Shown piece by piece: positions 55,172 to 64,000 of a stretch of 64,000 bases of DNA. Position 1 is the first letter of the stretch. Every line of letters starts with the position of its first letter. The translations under genes were made by a program, and so were the position numbers. The stretch lies in NCBI GenBank assembly GCA_044376115.1, contig JBILLK010000014.1, positions 96,001 to 160,000 on the forward strand, in the 5' to 3' direction. This DNA comes from Polyangiaceae bacterium. Lineage in GTDB: Bacteria > Myxococcota_A > Polyangia > Polyangiales > Polyangiaceae. The notes below the pieces were generated by a model. It did not search any database. It saw only the letters and a list, made by a program, of their open reading frames with translations, and had not been told where the DNA came from.

Positions 55172-56530
55172 CTACTTGGTAACCTGCACGCCGATCAAAC
55201 GCAGGTCCACCTTCTGAGGCTCGATCGGCTGGTAGATTGCGATGCTGCCCGAGCCCAGAATGTCATTCCAGTAGTCGCCCGCCTGCTCAACGCGCAGATA
55301 GACGAGGCCGGGTTTGATCGGGATGGCACCGGGAGGGCGATACTCCACGGAAACTCGCACACCCGGCATGGCGGCGTTCAAGATGTAGCCAATCTGGGTC
55401 CACGAACCAACCTTGAGCAACCGCGGCAGCCGCTCGCGCAGGATGGCTTCATCGATGCCCTTCGCCTCGAGGAAGAACTCATGCGTGCGCGGGATCTTGG
55501 GATCGTCGAACTTGCCCAAGTACATGCCGTCGTCGCGTTTCTCCATCGGAATGACAATGAAGCTCTCTGCAAGCACGTTACCGATGAGAGTCAGCGCGCG
55601 GTCAAAAACGGGCTCGAACACGTCCCCCAAGTCAAGGTAGTTGAACTTGGGAATGCTCGTCGGATCGCCATCAGGAGAGAAGGTGCAGAGCTCGCCGATC
55701 AGCGAAGCTAGCATCACATAAGCGTCCTCTGGGTGAACGAGCCCGTGGTCCACCATGTGCGAGCACAACGGGATGTACGAGTTCATCGTATGGAGCATCC
55801 AGAACTTTGCAGTGTCGGACGCTTGGAAGTCCACCGAGGCCGCGGTGCGAAGCCGCCGACCTTCCGCCAGCGCTTTCTGCTTGCCCACCAGAGCAGACAG
55901 CACGCGGCGCATACCGTTCATGATGTGATCGCTCGTCTTGATGCGCAGCACCGGCGGAACGAAGTCTTTGCGCTGAACGATCGCGCCCGTTCGATCGCGA
56001 ACGAGTTGAGCGATTCGGATCGTCTCGTACGCGTCACGAGGCTCCGTGCCAAAAAGAATTCGGAGGTTGTTCCTGCCCCACGTAACAGCCGTCTCGTTGC
56101 GGCCCGTGTTTACGTCAGGGACCGACACCTGACTGGCTACGAAGCGTTGTGCCGGCCCAGCCTTCGCAGGGTCCATCGCGACGTTGGCTGCAGTTTCGCG
56201 AATGATGGGAATCGCTATGAAGACATCAAGCGCCTCAAGAGCCGCGGGAAAAGCGCCTTCGAGTGGGCGTGCTTCAATCTGATCTTCGCCGCGGTCGCCA
56301 ATAAAGAACGCCGCGCCGTCTTGAAAAACCCCATGGCACTTGGTCAGTCGAACTTGACCAGCCGACAGCGCCCTTTCATCGAACTGCACCTCGGTGATTC
56401 CCCAGTCATAGGGAACAATCGAGTGCACCCGAGAGTGGACCAGCGCCTCGTGGTACAGGTCGCACTGTTGCAGGTGCTGCGGGGTCATGAACAGACCCTC
56501 CGTCCAGACGAGCTTGCGCGGTTGAATCAT
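55172..56530 (-). CDS. tssK: T6SS baseplate TssK
   Basis: VWTEGLFM.PQH.QQ, DWG, HPE, NAAMPG. Confidence 0.93.
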   Translation of the reverse strand: MIQPRKLVWTEGLFMTPQHLQQCDLYHEALVHSRVHSIVPYDWGITEVQFDERALSAGQVRLTKCHGVFQDGAAFFIGDRGEDQIEARPLEGAFPAALEALDVFIAIPIIRETAANVAMDPAKAGPAQRFVASQVSVPDVNTGRNETAVTWGRNNLRILFGTEPRDAYETIRIAQLVRDRTGAIVQRKDFVPPVLRIKTSDHIMNGMRRVLSALVGKQKALAEGRRLRTAASVDFQASDTAKFWMLHTMNSYIPLCSHMVDHGLVHPEDAYVMLASLIGELCTFSPDGDPTSIPKFNYLDLGDVFEPVFDRALTLIGNVLAESFIVIPMEKRDDGMYLGKFDDPKIPRTHEFFLEAKGIDEAILRERLPRLLKVGSWTQIGYILNAAMPGVRVSVEYRPPGAIPIKPGLVYLRVEQAGDYWNDILGSGSIAIYQPIEPQKVDLRLIGVQVTK

Positions 56531-56683
56531 CGAGCGGCTTTAACCCCTATCAAGAACGAGTGGGCTGACGATAGAGATTTGCCAGCCGCTCGTCCACGAG
56601 GTTCAACCAAGGCGAGCGAGAACGGTTCATCATTCGTCCCCAACCGCTGCGTTCGCGGCCGTTTCACCGCCATTGCAGCCGTA

Positions 56684-57400
56684 CTACTTGGCGGTCGCAG
56701 CCTTCTTTGGCAGGTTGACCTTACGAATTGGCTTCGCCTCGGGGAACATTGACTCATCCATCTGGGCGCCGTTGTCGATCTTTGCGCCTTCAACAAAAAA
56801 TGCCGTGCGCGGATCTGCAACCGGAGCGCCCTTGGCATCTCTGCCGCCACAGGCCGCCTCGCCTGGGGGCAACGGGAACTCGTAGAAGGTCTTCCAGCTC
56901 TGCCCCCGTGGGCCATGGAAGAGGGCGACGCCTCCTAAGTACGAGGCCTCCTTGATTCGCTCGAACTTTATTTCGAGATGGTCATTGGGGAAGACACTGA
57001 CCTCGTCAACCTTCATCACGTCTTTGCCGAGCGTCTCCTCCGAACGAAGCAGCACGTCGTCGTAGCGAGCGTTGGAGAGGTTGAGGTCGCTCACGAGCTG
57101 GTACAGCCGCACCACAACGGGGCGAGGATTGCCGGTCTCGTTGGGGTTGATGTTTCCCGCGGCATAGATGTCCAGAGTGATGATCTGACGATCGCAAGGC
57201 TTCGGCTCCTCGACGGGAGGCGGCCCCGCAGAACATCCACCAGCGAAGCCAACCAGCATGGCTGCTCCGAGCATGACGCTCATCGAGACAGATGCGGCGA
57301 GGAGAGAACGTTGTTTTAGGGGCCCAACAGCCATGGCCGAGCCATCCAACCACGTTATCGCGCTCAAGCCCAGTAATGTGCAGCGCCCGCCCCCCTTCAT
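56684..57400 (-). CDS. tssJ: T6SS outer-membrane lipoprotein TssJ
   Basis: Lipobox AGGC, NINP...P.PVVVRLYQL, GVA.F; true start probably downstream of 57400. Confidence 0.88.
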   Translation of the reverse strand: MKGGGRCTLLGLSAITWLDGSAMAVGPLKQRSLLAASVSMSVMLGAAMLVGFAGGCSAGPPPVEEPKPCDRQIITLDIYAAGNINPNETGNPRPVVVRLYQLVSDLNLSNARYDDVLLRSEETLGKDVMKVDEVSVFPNDHLEIKFERIKEASYLGGVALFHGPRGQSWKTFYEFPLPPGEAACGGRDAKGAPVADPRTAFFVEGAKIDNGAQMDESMFPEAKPIRKVNLPKKAATAK

Positions 57401-57446
57401 TTCGAAAGAGGACGGGCGCGCCGGCGTATCGTGAGTCTGGGTGGCC

Positions 57447-60101
57447 TCAGTCGGAGAAGGCAGCCGTGAAGTTCTTGGAGTCGTCGATGTCGATGAAGAG
57501 CTTGCGCGGCGGCTTTGCCTCCGCGAGTTTCTCCAGGATGGCTGACGACAACATCGGCAACAGCGACGAGCGCAAGATATGGTCGATGTTGCGGGCGCCG
57601 GTATCTACCTCGGTACAGCGAGCAGCGATCATCTCCACCAACCGCTCAGAGTAGGTCGCCTCGATGCGTTGGTTCGTCTTGAGACGGCTGAGCAGCTGAT
57701 CCAACTTCAGCTTGGTGATCGACCCGAGCGCCGACTGCGAGATCGGCAGGTAGGGCACCATGGTCATACGCGCCAAGAGAGCCGGCTTGAAGTGCGACGA
57801 GAGCGTCGGCTTGATCGCCTCCATGATTTCGGCCATCGGCGGGTCTTTGCCTCCATCTTCCCAAGCTGCGACGGTCATATTGGTGATCTTGTCTGTGGCG
57901 AGATTGCTCGTCATGATGATCACGGTGTTCTTGAAGTCGACCAGGCGCCCCTCACCGTCGGAGAGCATGCCCTTGTCGAACACTTGGTAGAAGAGGTTCA
58001 TCACGTCCGGGTCGGCCTTCTCGCACTCGTCGAGCAGCACGACGGTGTAGGGCCGTTGGCGCACTGCCTCGGTCAACATACCGCCCTCACCGAACCCGAC
58101 GTAGCCAGGGGGAGAACCAATGAGCCGCGAAACGGTGTGCTTCTCCTGGAACTCCGACATGTTGATGGTGACCATCATCCGCTCACCGCCGTACAGCATG
58201 TCGGCCAAGCTCAGCGCAGTCTCGGTCTTTCCGACACCCGAGGGGCCAACGAGAATGAAGACGCCCATCGGGGTGCTTTGCGGCTTGAGGCCCGCTCGCG
58301 CTGCCCGAAGCTCCTTGGCGATCGTCGCGATGCCGTAGTCCTGACCCTTGATGCGCTTGTTGAGACGAGCCTCCATTTCGAGCAGGTTCTTGACGTCGTC
58401 TTGAACCATCTTGCCGGCGGGAATACCGGTCCAAGCCGAGACCACGTTCGCCACCATCGCCTCATCGACGTCAGGCCGAATCAGCGGAACTTCACCCTGA
58501 ATCTTGTCGAGCTCGTTGATCGCAGCGACGACCTCCTTACGAGCCTCATCACGCTCGGCGTCGGTCTTGCAGTCGCTCATCTTCTTGCGAAGCTCGAGGA
58601 TCTTCTTTGCGCCGTCGGTCTCGCGAGTGAAGGCCTCGCTGATCGCGACCAAGTCGGCGCGAGCCTTTTCTAGCTTTGCACCCAGCTCGGCAAAGTGCTC
58701 CTCGTCGATCTTGACGCCGTTCTGGCGATCGCTGTGAAGCGCAGCGACCTCACGCTCGGTGTTCTTGATGTACACCTCAACGTCCTCGACCTGAGCGGGC
58801 TTTTGTTGGAGGGCCACCTTCACGCGGGCAGCGCAGGTGTCGAGGAGATCAACCGCCTTGTCCGGCAATTGCCTGCCAGAGATGAAGCGTGCGGAGAGGC
58901 GCACAGCCGCTGTAACAGCTTCATCCTGCACGATGACGTTGTGAGCTTCTTCGAACTTGTTGCGAAGACCGCGGAGCATGGTGATCGCCGTCGGAATGTC
59001 TGGCTCATCGACCTTCACGGGCTGGAACCTTCGCTCGAGAGCGGCGTCCTTCTCGAAGTACTTCTTGTATTCTTTCCAGGTCGTGGCAGCGATGGTTCGC
59101 AATTCGCCGCGTGCGAGCGCGGGCTTGAGAAGGTTTGCCGCGTCTCCGCCGCCCTGGTTTCCGCCAGCGCCGATGATGGTGTGCGCCTCATCAATGAAGA
59201 GGATGATTGGTTTGACCGAGGATTTGATCTCTTGGATGACGCCTTTCATCCGGTTCTCGAACTCGCCTTTGACGCTTGCTCCAGCCTGCAGGAGTCCGAG
59301 GTCCAAACCAAAAATCTCACAGCCTTGCAGCAAGGGCGGGACGTCGTTGTTGACGATCATGAGGGCCATGCCCTCCACCAACGCAGTCTTACCAACACCC
59401 GAGTCACCAACGATGATTGGGTTGTTCTTTCGGCGACGAGCCAGGATATCGATGATCTGGCGGATCTCACGCTCGCGGCCGAAGACAGGGTCAATCTGGC
59501 CCGCACGGGCCTTGCCCGTGTAGTCGATGCAGAACTTGCCCAAGGCGCTGTCAGGTGACACCGCACTTGAACCAGCCGGAGCCTTGCCGTCTTTACCCGA
59601 TGCGTTTTGCGCGGCTGCAGCCTCCTCACCCTCCTTGGACCCAGACAGGATCGTCGGCAGGTTCTTCTTCATGTCCTCCTTCGGAATGCCGTCGAGAACA
59701 GCGCCAATTCCACTAGTGGAGTAGCGGCTCGGCTGCTGCACTAGTCGGAGCACGAGCACACCGCTCCGAATCTTTTGGTAGCCCAACTCCAACGAGCCGA
59801 GCAGCCAGGCGTCTTGGAGCCAGTCGAGCAAGACCGGTGAGAACGTGGGGCGTCCCGCGTTTCCTTCGCGTAGGTCGTTGAGCGAGCGCTGCAATGTCGC
59901 CCGCAAGGAAGATGGGTTGAGATCGTAGTGGCTAACGATGAACGCTATGTCGCTCTGCGCATCGTCAAGCAGCGCGAGCAAGAAGTGTTCAATCGTGATC
60001 TCGTAGTGGCGTCCAACAACGCACTTTTCAGCGGCTGCAGACAGCGCGGCGGTGCAATTCGGAGAGAGGCGTTTGAGAAGGGCTTTCTGATCAACCTGCA
60101 T
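57447..60101 (-). CDS. tssH: T6SS AAA+ ATPase ClpV
   Basis: Two AAA modules (GDSGVGKT, GPSGVGKT), RRRKNNP, GARNIDHIL. Confidence 0.96.
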   Translation of the reverse strand: MQVDQKALLKRLSPNCTAALSAAAEKCVVGRHYEITIEHFLLALLDDAQSDIAFIVSHYDLNPSSLRATLQRSLNDLREGNAGRPTFSPVLLDWLQDAWLLGSLELGYQKIRSGVLVLRLVQQPSRYSTSGIGAVLDGIPKEDMKKNLPTILSGSKEGEEAAAAQNASGKDGKAPAGSSAVSPDSALGKFCIDYTGKARAGQIDPVFGREREIRQIIDILARRRKNNPIIVGDSGVGKTALVEGMALMIVNNDVPPLLQGCEIFGLDLGLLQAGASVKGEFENRMKGVIQEIKSSVKPIILFIDEAHTIIGAGGNQGGGDAANLLKPALARGELRTIAATTWKEYKKYFEKDAALERRFQPVKVDEPDIPTAITMLRGLRNKFEEAHNVIVQDEAVTAAVRLSARFISGRQLPDKAVDLLDTCAARVKVALQQKPAQVEDVEVYIKNTEREVAALHSDRQNGVKIDEEHFAELGAKLEKARADLVAISEAFTRETDGAKKILELRKKMSDCKTDAERDEARKEVVAAINELDKIQGEVPLIRPDVDEAMVANVVSAWTGIPAGKMVQDDVKNLLEMEARLNKRIKGQDYGIATIAKELRAARAGLKPQSTPMGVFILVGPSGVGKTETALSLADMLYGGERMMVTINMSEFQEKHTVSRLIGSPPGYVGFGEGGMLTEAVRQRPYTVVLLDECEKADPDVMNLFYQVFDKGMLSDGEGRLVDFKNTVIIMTSNLATDKITNMTVAAWEDGGKDPPMAEIMEAIKPTLSSHFKPALLARMTMVPYLPISQSALGSITKLKLDQLLSRLKTNQRIEATYSERLVEMIAARCTEVDTGARNIDHILRSSLLPMLSSAILEKLAEAKPPRKLFIDIDDSKNFTAAFSD

Positions 60102-60275
60102 GGTTGCGGCATGCTACCGGTCAATCTGCCGCTTTCAAAAGCGAGAAACAGGCGCTTCGCGAAATCGAGCGAATGCGCATGTTTCGTAGGCAAACGCGAG
60201 TTCACTTAGCGCCAAACGCACTCCGTGAACCTGCTTGGACTCGGTTCCACGACGGTTCGCGCAAGCCCGCAAAGC

Positions 60276-61919
60276 TCAACCGTTGGAGCGCCGCTTTGCT
60301 TTCCGTGATCGCTCCTCGCCCTTAGCGGCAACGGGCGGCTTCGAGAGCGTGAGTCGAAGCAGGGTGCCCTCTTTTAGCTTCGAGCCAAGCGTTAGGTCGT
60401 TATCGCGAGCAACTTCGGCGGGGTCCGCCTCGAACTGTCGCGCGATGTCCTCGATCTTGTCCCCTTTGCCAACGCGATAGAGCACCGTCTCGCTCTTCTT
60501 CTTAGGCGCGGGCTCAACGTCGTCACTCGCATCCAGCCCTTCGTTCTCGAGCGCTGCGATGCCCTCGAGTCCTTCCGCAAGAGGATCGCGTAGCGCACGA
60601 CGCTTCTTTTTCGGCTTTGGCAGCAGGGATAGCAGGCTCTCATCGCTTTCCGCGGCGCGCGGCCGGTATCCCTCCGGACTCATCAGGTCCAACGGATCAA
60701 CCATGTCCTCGTCGATTCGAAGCTTGTGACCATCGAGCATAGCGGGCATCGCTGCCACAGCTCGTGAGACGGTTTCGGGGGGTACGTTGACCAGAAGGTC
60801 ACCTTTGCCCGGGGGCATCTCCTTCCCCAGAATGTCGGGGTTCAACTTGCGAATGACCGCCGTGGGTACGCCCGCGGCCTTGGCGATGACGTCGAGCGGC
60901 GTACGAGGAGGAACAGCGATCTCCGCCATATCAACTGGCTTGGCCACTGAGGTCTCATCGAAGTCGAAGCGCTCGAGGTTGTTGGCAACGATCGCTGCCG
61001 CGATGATCTTCGGTACGTACTTCGCCGTTTCATCGGGCAAAACTCCGGCGCGCGCGAGCTCGTTGAAATCGGTGGTCCCAACCCGATCGATGCGATCCAG
61101 TAGTTGCTCGTAGCCCATGTTGTAGGCCGCCAGCGCCAGATCCCATTGTCCGAAGCGCATGTAGAGATCGCGCAAGTGGTGAACGGCAGCCTGCGTCGCG
61201 AGGCGCGGATTCCTACGTTGATCGACGAACTTGTTCTGTCGCAAGCCATAGACTGCTCCGGTCGCAGGCATGAACTGCCACAAGCCCATCGCTCCGACGG
61301 GAGACTTGGCCGTCGCATCGAATCCGCTCTCGATCATCGCTACCCAGATCAAGTCCTCGGGCAGTCTGCGGGCGCGGAACTCCTCTTGGATCATGTCCTG
61401 GTATCGACCGCTGCGCTTCAGCCATGACTCGAACATTCCTCGACCACGATCGGTCTTGGTGAAGAAGCGGACGTACTTCAACGTTTGCCGAGAAACGCCT
61501 AAGCCAAGATCCGGCAACTGAAGCCGCGAAACGGCGGCGCCCCCGGACGCCTCGAAGTCGTCCACCTGCTCGAGATCCTCGTCTTCGACGCGGCGCTCAT
61601 CACGCAGCTGGCCGCCATGAGAGCCTTGTTCGTCGAATCGACTGTTCGACGCCAGCCCGTAACGCGACGGTACGCGCTGCGAACGGAGCTCCCGTAGTGC
61701 GTCGGACTCTCCACCTGGCAAACGGTTCTCGAGCGACTCCTTGAGCGGCTGCACAGCCGGGCGACGGGGTCCAGCAGTCTCTACCGGCTCGTTCCAGGTG
61801 AAAGGAGACCGCACACCATGCGGCACCTCCGGCGCGGCCATACCAACGCCGTACCCGAAAGCCAGAGCCGAAACCAAGGGGGGGATCTTCTCGAGGAAGT
61901 TCATGAGGTCGACGCACAA
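60276..61919 (-). CDS. MltD-like lytic transglycosylase with C-terminal LysM
   Basis: MIESGF, GLWQFM, ALAAYNMG, ET.KYVPK; LysM YRVGKGD...IA. Confidence 0.88.
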   Translation of the reverse strand: MCVDLMNFLEKIPPLVSALAFGYGVGMAAPEVPHGVRSPFTWNEPVETAGPRRPAVQPLKESLENRLPGGESDALRELRSQRVPSRYGLASNSRFDEQGSHGGQLRDERRVEDEDLEQVDDFEASGGAAVSRLQLPDLGLGVSRQTLKYVRFFTKTDRGRGMFESWLKRSGRYQDMIQEEFRARRLPEDLIWVAMIESGFDATAKSPVGAMGLWQFMPATGAVYGLRQNKFVDQRRNPRLATQAAVHHLRDLYMRFGQWDLALAAYNMGYEQLLDRIDRVGTTDFNELARAGVLPDETAKYVPKIIAAAIVANNLERFDFDETSVAKPVDMAEIAVPPRTPLDVIAKAAGVPTAVIRKLNPDILGKEMPPGKGDLLVNVPPETVSRAVAAMPAMLDGHKLRIDEDMVDPLDLMSPEGYRPRAAESDESLLSLLPKPKKKRRALRDPLAEGLEGIAALENEGLDASDDVEPAPKKKSETVLYRVGKGDKIEDIARQFEADPAEVARDNDLTLGSKLKEGTLLRLTLSKPPVAAKGEERSRKAKRRSNG

Positions 61920-61999
61920 TCTCTTACTATGTAGGACAAACGGGCAACTTCTTGCACTCCGATGTTCGCTAACGCCTTCCTTTTGCTAGCCTCGCGTCA

Positions 62000-63289
62000 A
62001 TGTCCATCGCGCTCGTTGCGCGTGTCTTCGACACCCAAGCCAATCAGAGCTTCGAGGCGACCTTCGAGCGGTTCCCCGTGCGCATCGGGCGAAACCAGCT
62101 CAATGATCTGTCCATCGACCGCCCATACGTGTCGCAGTTCCATGCGGCGTTTGAAGTACGCGGAGACACCCAGGTCTTCGTGAAGGATCTCGGTTCCACC
62201 AACGGAACCCTCTACATGGGCCAACGCCTCGTTCGTGATCAGCCAGTTGAGATCACCCAGGCCCCCGAGATCACGATTGGGCCGGTAGTCATTCGCGTTG
62301 GGCTCGTTGCTGCGACCAAGCCGATCGTCGACGGCAACAAGGACTTGGGCGTCCTCGACTACCAAGGCGCAGATGCGCACGCGGGTGCCCAGAGGTTTGG
62401 TGCGATCGCGGCCGGTGCGGAGGAGCCGTACGTACAAAACGTCGCGCCGTACATCAACGCGTACCGGCAGGCGTGGCAGACGGTCTACCGCATCATCTAC
62501 GACCAGCTCACTCGACTTCCGCCAGACATTCGGACCAGCTTCTTGCGCAGGCTTGGCTCCGAACACCCGGCGGTCAGTCTCGAGAGCGACTTCCGAAAAA
62601 TCGCTCAATACTATGGGGTCGACCTTCGAGTATTCACGCATGCGGGCGCCCCGCATGCCGCATTGGCGGCACTTGGCGAACTTGCGGCCACCTTGGCACC
62701 GGGAACAAAGCTTCCGGATGACGTCACCACCATTCTCGCGTTCGTCAAAAGGCTGCGTGACGCAATGGACGTCTTCCTCCGCTGCTTCATCAGCTTGCGC
62801 GACGGCTACCAAGAGTTCGAGACGGAAGTCTTGGCGCGAGAGAAGAACGCGCGAGAGCCCGTTACCGCGGCAAAAGACGCAAAGGAGCTTGGCGTCGTCC
62901 TGTTAGGCCACCACGCCAATCCAGACACAGCGCACTCGCTTCAGAACACCTTCGTCGAGGTGATGAGCCATCAAGTTGCGCTCATGAACGGCATCATGGA
63001 GGGAGTGAAGCAACTGTTGTCGAGGCTCAGTCCCAAGTCTCTCGAGGCGGAGTTCGAGCGCGCCGGTAAGAAAGGTGGCCTCTTCTCTAATCGCTACGAA
63101 GCGCTGTGGAAGCTTTACGAAGTTCGGCACGGCGACTACGCCGGCGAAGACAAGGAAACCTTCCTTGTTATTTTCGGCGCCCAGTTCTCCAGGGCCTACT
63201 CGGCTGCAGCGGGAGAAAATTACAAGGGTGACGCTAGTGCAAAACTCGGCCGTTTCACGATGGCGGGAGGGAAACGCGGACCCGAATGA
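62000..63289 (+). CDS. tagH: T6SS-associated FHA domain protein
   Basis: FHA motifs IGR, VS.FH, D.GSTNGT; C-terminal HQVAL..G....L....P and FG..F...Y. Confidence 0.85.
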   Translation: MSIALVARVFDTQANQSFEATFERFPVRIGRNQLNDLSIDRPYVSQFHAAFEVRGDTQVFVKDLGSTNGTLYMGQRLVRDQPVEITQAPEITIGPVVIRVGLVAATKPIVDGNKDLGVLDYQGADAHAGAQRFGAIAAGAEEPYVQNVAPYINAYRQAWQTVYRIIYDQLTRLPPDIRTSFLRRLGSEHPAVSLESDFRKIAQYYGVDLRVFTHAGAPHAALAALGELAATLAPGTKLPDDVTTILAFVKRLRDAMDVFLRCFISLRDGYQEFETEVLAREKNAREPVTAAKDAKELGVVLLGHHANPDTAHSLQNTFVEVMSHQVALMNGIMEGVKQLLSRLSPKSLEAEFERAGKKGGLFSNRYEALWKLYEVRHGDYAGEDKETFLVIFGAQFSRAYSAAAGENYKGDASAKLGRFTMAGGKRGPE

Positions 63290-63365
63290 AAGAACCCATC
63301 GACCTTTTCACCGGCTGTTTTCTTTGCCCGATCCAATGTCACACGTAGGCTACGTGCACACCATC

Positions 63366-64000
63366 ATGCGACCCAGGACCATCCTTCTTGCAGGCGCTCT
63401 CGCATCGCTTGCGTTCGCAGCCATCCCCGCGACGGAAGCTCACGCCCAGGTGATTCCGCCCGTTGCCGAACGCGACGAAAACTGGGAGACCGTCTCCACG
63501 GTCTCAATGCTGATCGGTGTCTCCACCGTCTCGCTCATGCCACGGGTCTACTACAACGACCCTGAAGCTACGGTCGGATGGAAAGCGCGCTGGCACCTTT
63601 CGGTGCTCGCACCGATCATGACCCTGACCGCCGCTACCCTGTTCGTCGACATTCCCATCAAGGATCTCGGTGAGGGCACGCGCCCGGATTGCACCGTGGA
63701 GGAAACCGAAAGCGGGTTTGCCGGTTCGAACTGCGAATCCTACGGTATGCCCTCGACGCATTCCTTCGCAGCGTGGAGCGCTACCGGCAGCGGCATTGGA
63801 ATCTGGGTCGCCGACACATTCGTTCATAGCGACTCCGAATTTCACGCGGGTTCATTCATTGGCAACGTGGTCGTGCCCCTCGCCGCGTCGGTCTTTACAA
63901 GCGTCGGTCGCGGCGTCGCCTCCTCCCCAGACCAGCCCTACGAGGACGCCGCGCAGATCGGCGTCGGTGTCGCTGCTGGCGTAATCACGGGGTTCCTTAC
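63366..64000 (+). CDS. PAP2-superfamily membrane protein; runs off the right edge
   Basis: Absent from the ORF track. Manual translation gives MRPRTILLAG signal peptide, K-x6-RP (KDLGEGTRP) and PSTH; third motif degenerate. Confidence 0.65.
   Translation, partial: MRPRTILLAGALASLAFAAIPATEAHAQVIPPVAERDENWETVSTVSMLIGVSTVSLMPRVYYNDPEATVGWKARWHLSVLAPIMTLTAATLFVDIPIKDLGEGTRPDCTVEETESGFAGSNCESYGMPSTHSFAAWSATGSGIGIWVADTFVHSDSEFHAGSFIGNVVVPLAASVFTSVGRGVASSPDQPYEDAAQIGVGVAAGVITGFL

Noticed and set aside
1..64000. rRNA, tRNA, IS elements, integrase or prophage
   Set aside because: No recognisable signatures; the window is almost fully accounted for by protein-coding genes.

Overview
High-GC bacterial DNA, most consistent with a myxobacterium (Polyangiales-like). 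This is inferred from the gene content: Cys-rich lipoprotein, DUF1592/DUF1552 pair, sterol genes and T6SS. Left to right: (1) a DNA damage/repair cluster (dnaE2-imuB-imuA, LigC-type ligase, stand-alone LigD-type primase-polymerase, PolX-PHP); (2) a Cys-rich repeat lipoprotein; (3) a compact three-gene sterol/triterpenoid cluster made of an in-frame HMG-CoA reductase + squalene synthase + 3beta-HSD-like SDR ORF, a Rieske oxygenase, and a squalene monooxygenase + oxidosqualene cyclase fusion with non-canonical active-site residues; (4) housekeeping and accessory genes (biotin carboxylase, phosphohexomutase, DUF1552/DUF1592, carbamoyltransferase, lipoproteins, amino-acid ABC transporter, homoserine dehydrogenase); (5) an orphan single-chain TssB-TssC sheath fusion, a flavin aroyl-CoA monooxygenase/reductase and an RDD-SpoIIM-MoxR-DUF58 operon; (6) a T6SS block (tssH-J-K-L-M-tagF-tssA-B-C, divergent tagH, adjacent lytic transglycosylase) with no hcp/vgrG/tssEFG in the window. 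I saw no rRNA, tRNA, CRISPR array or transposase. All calls come from manual motif reading; no database searches were run.
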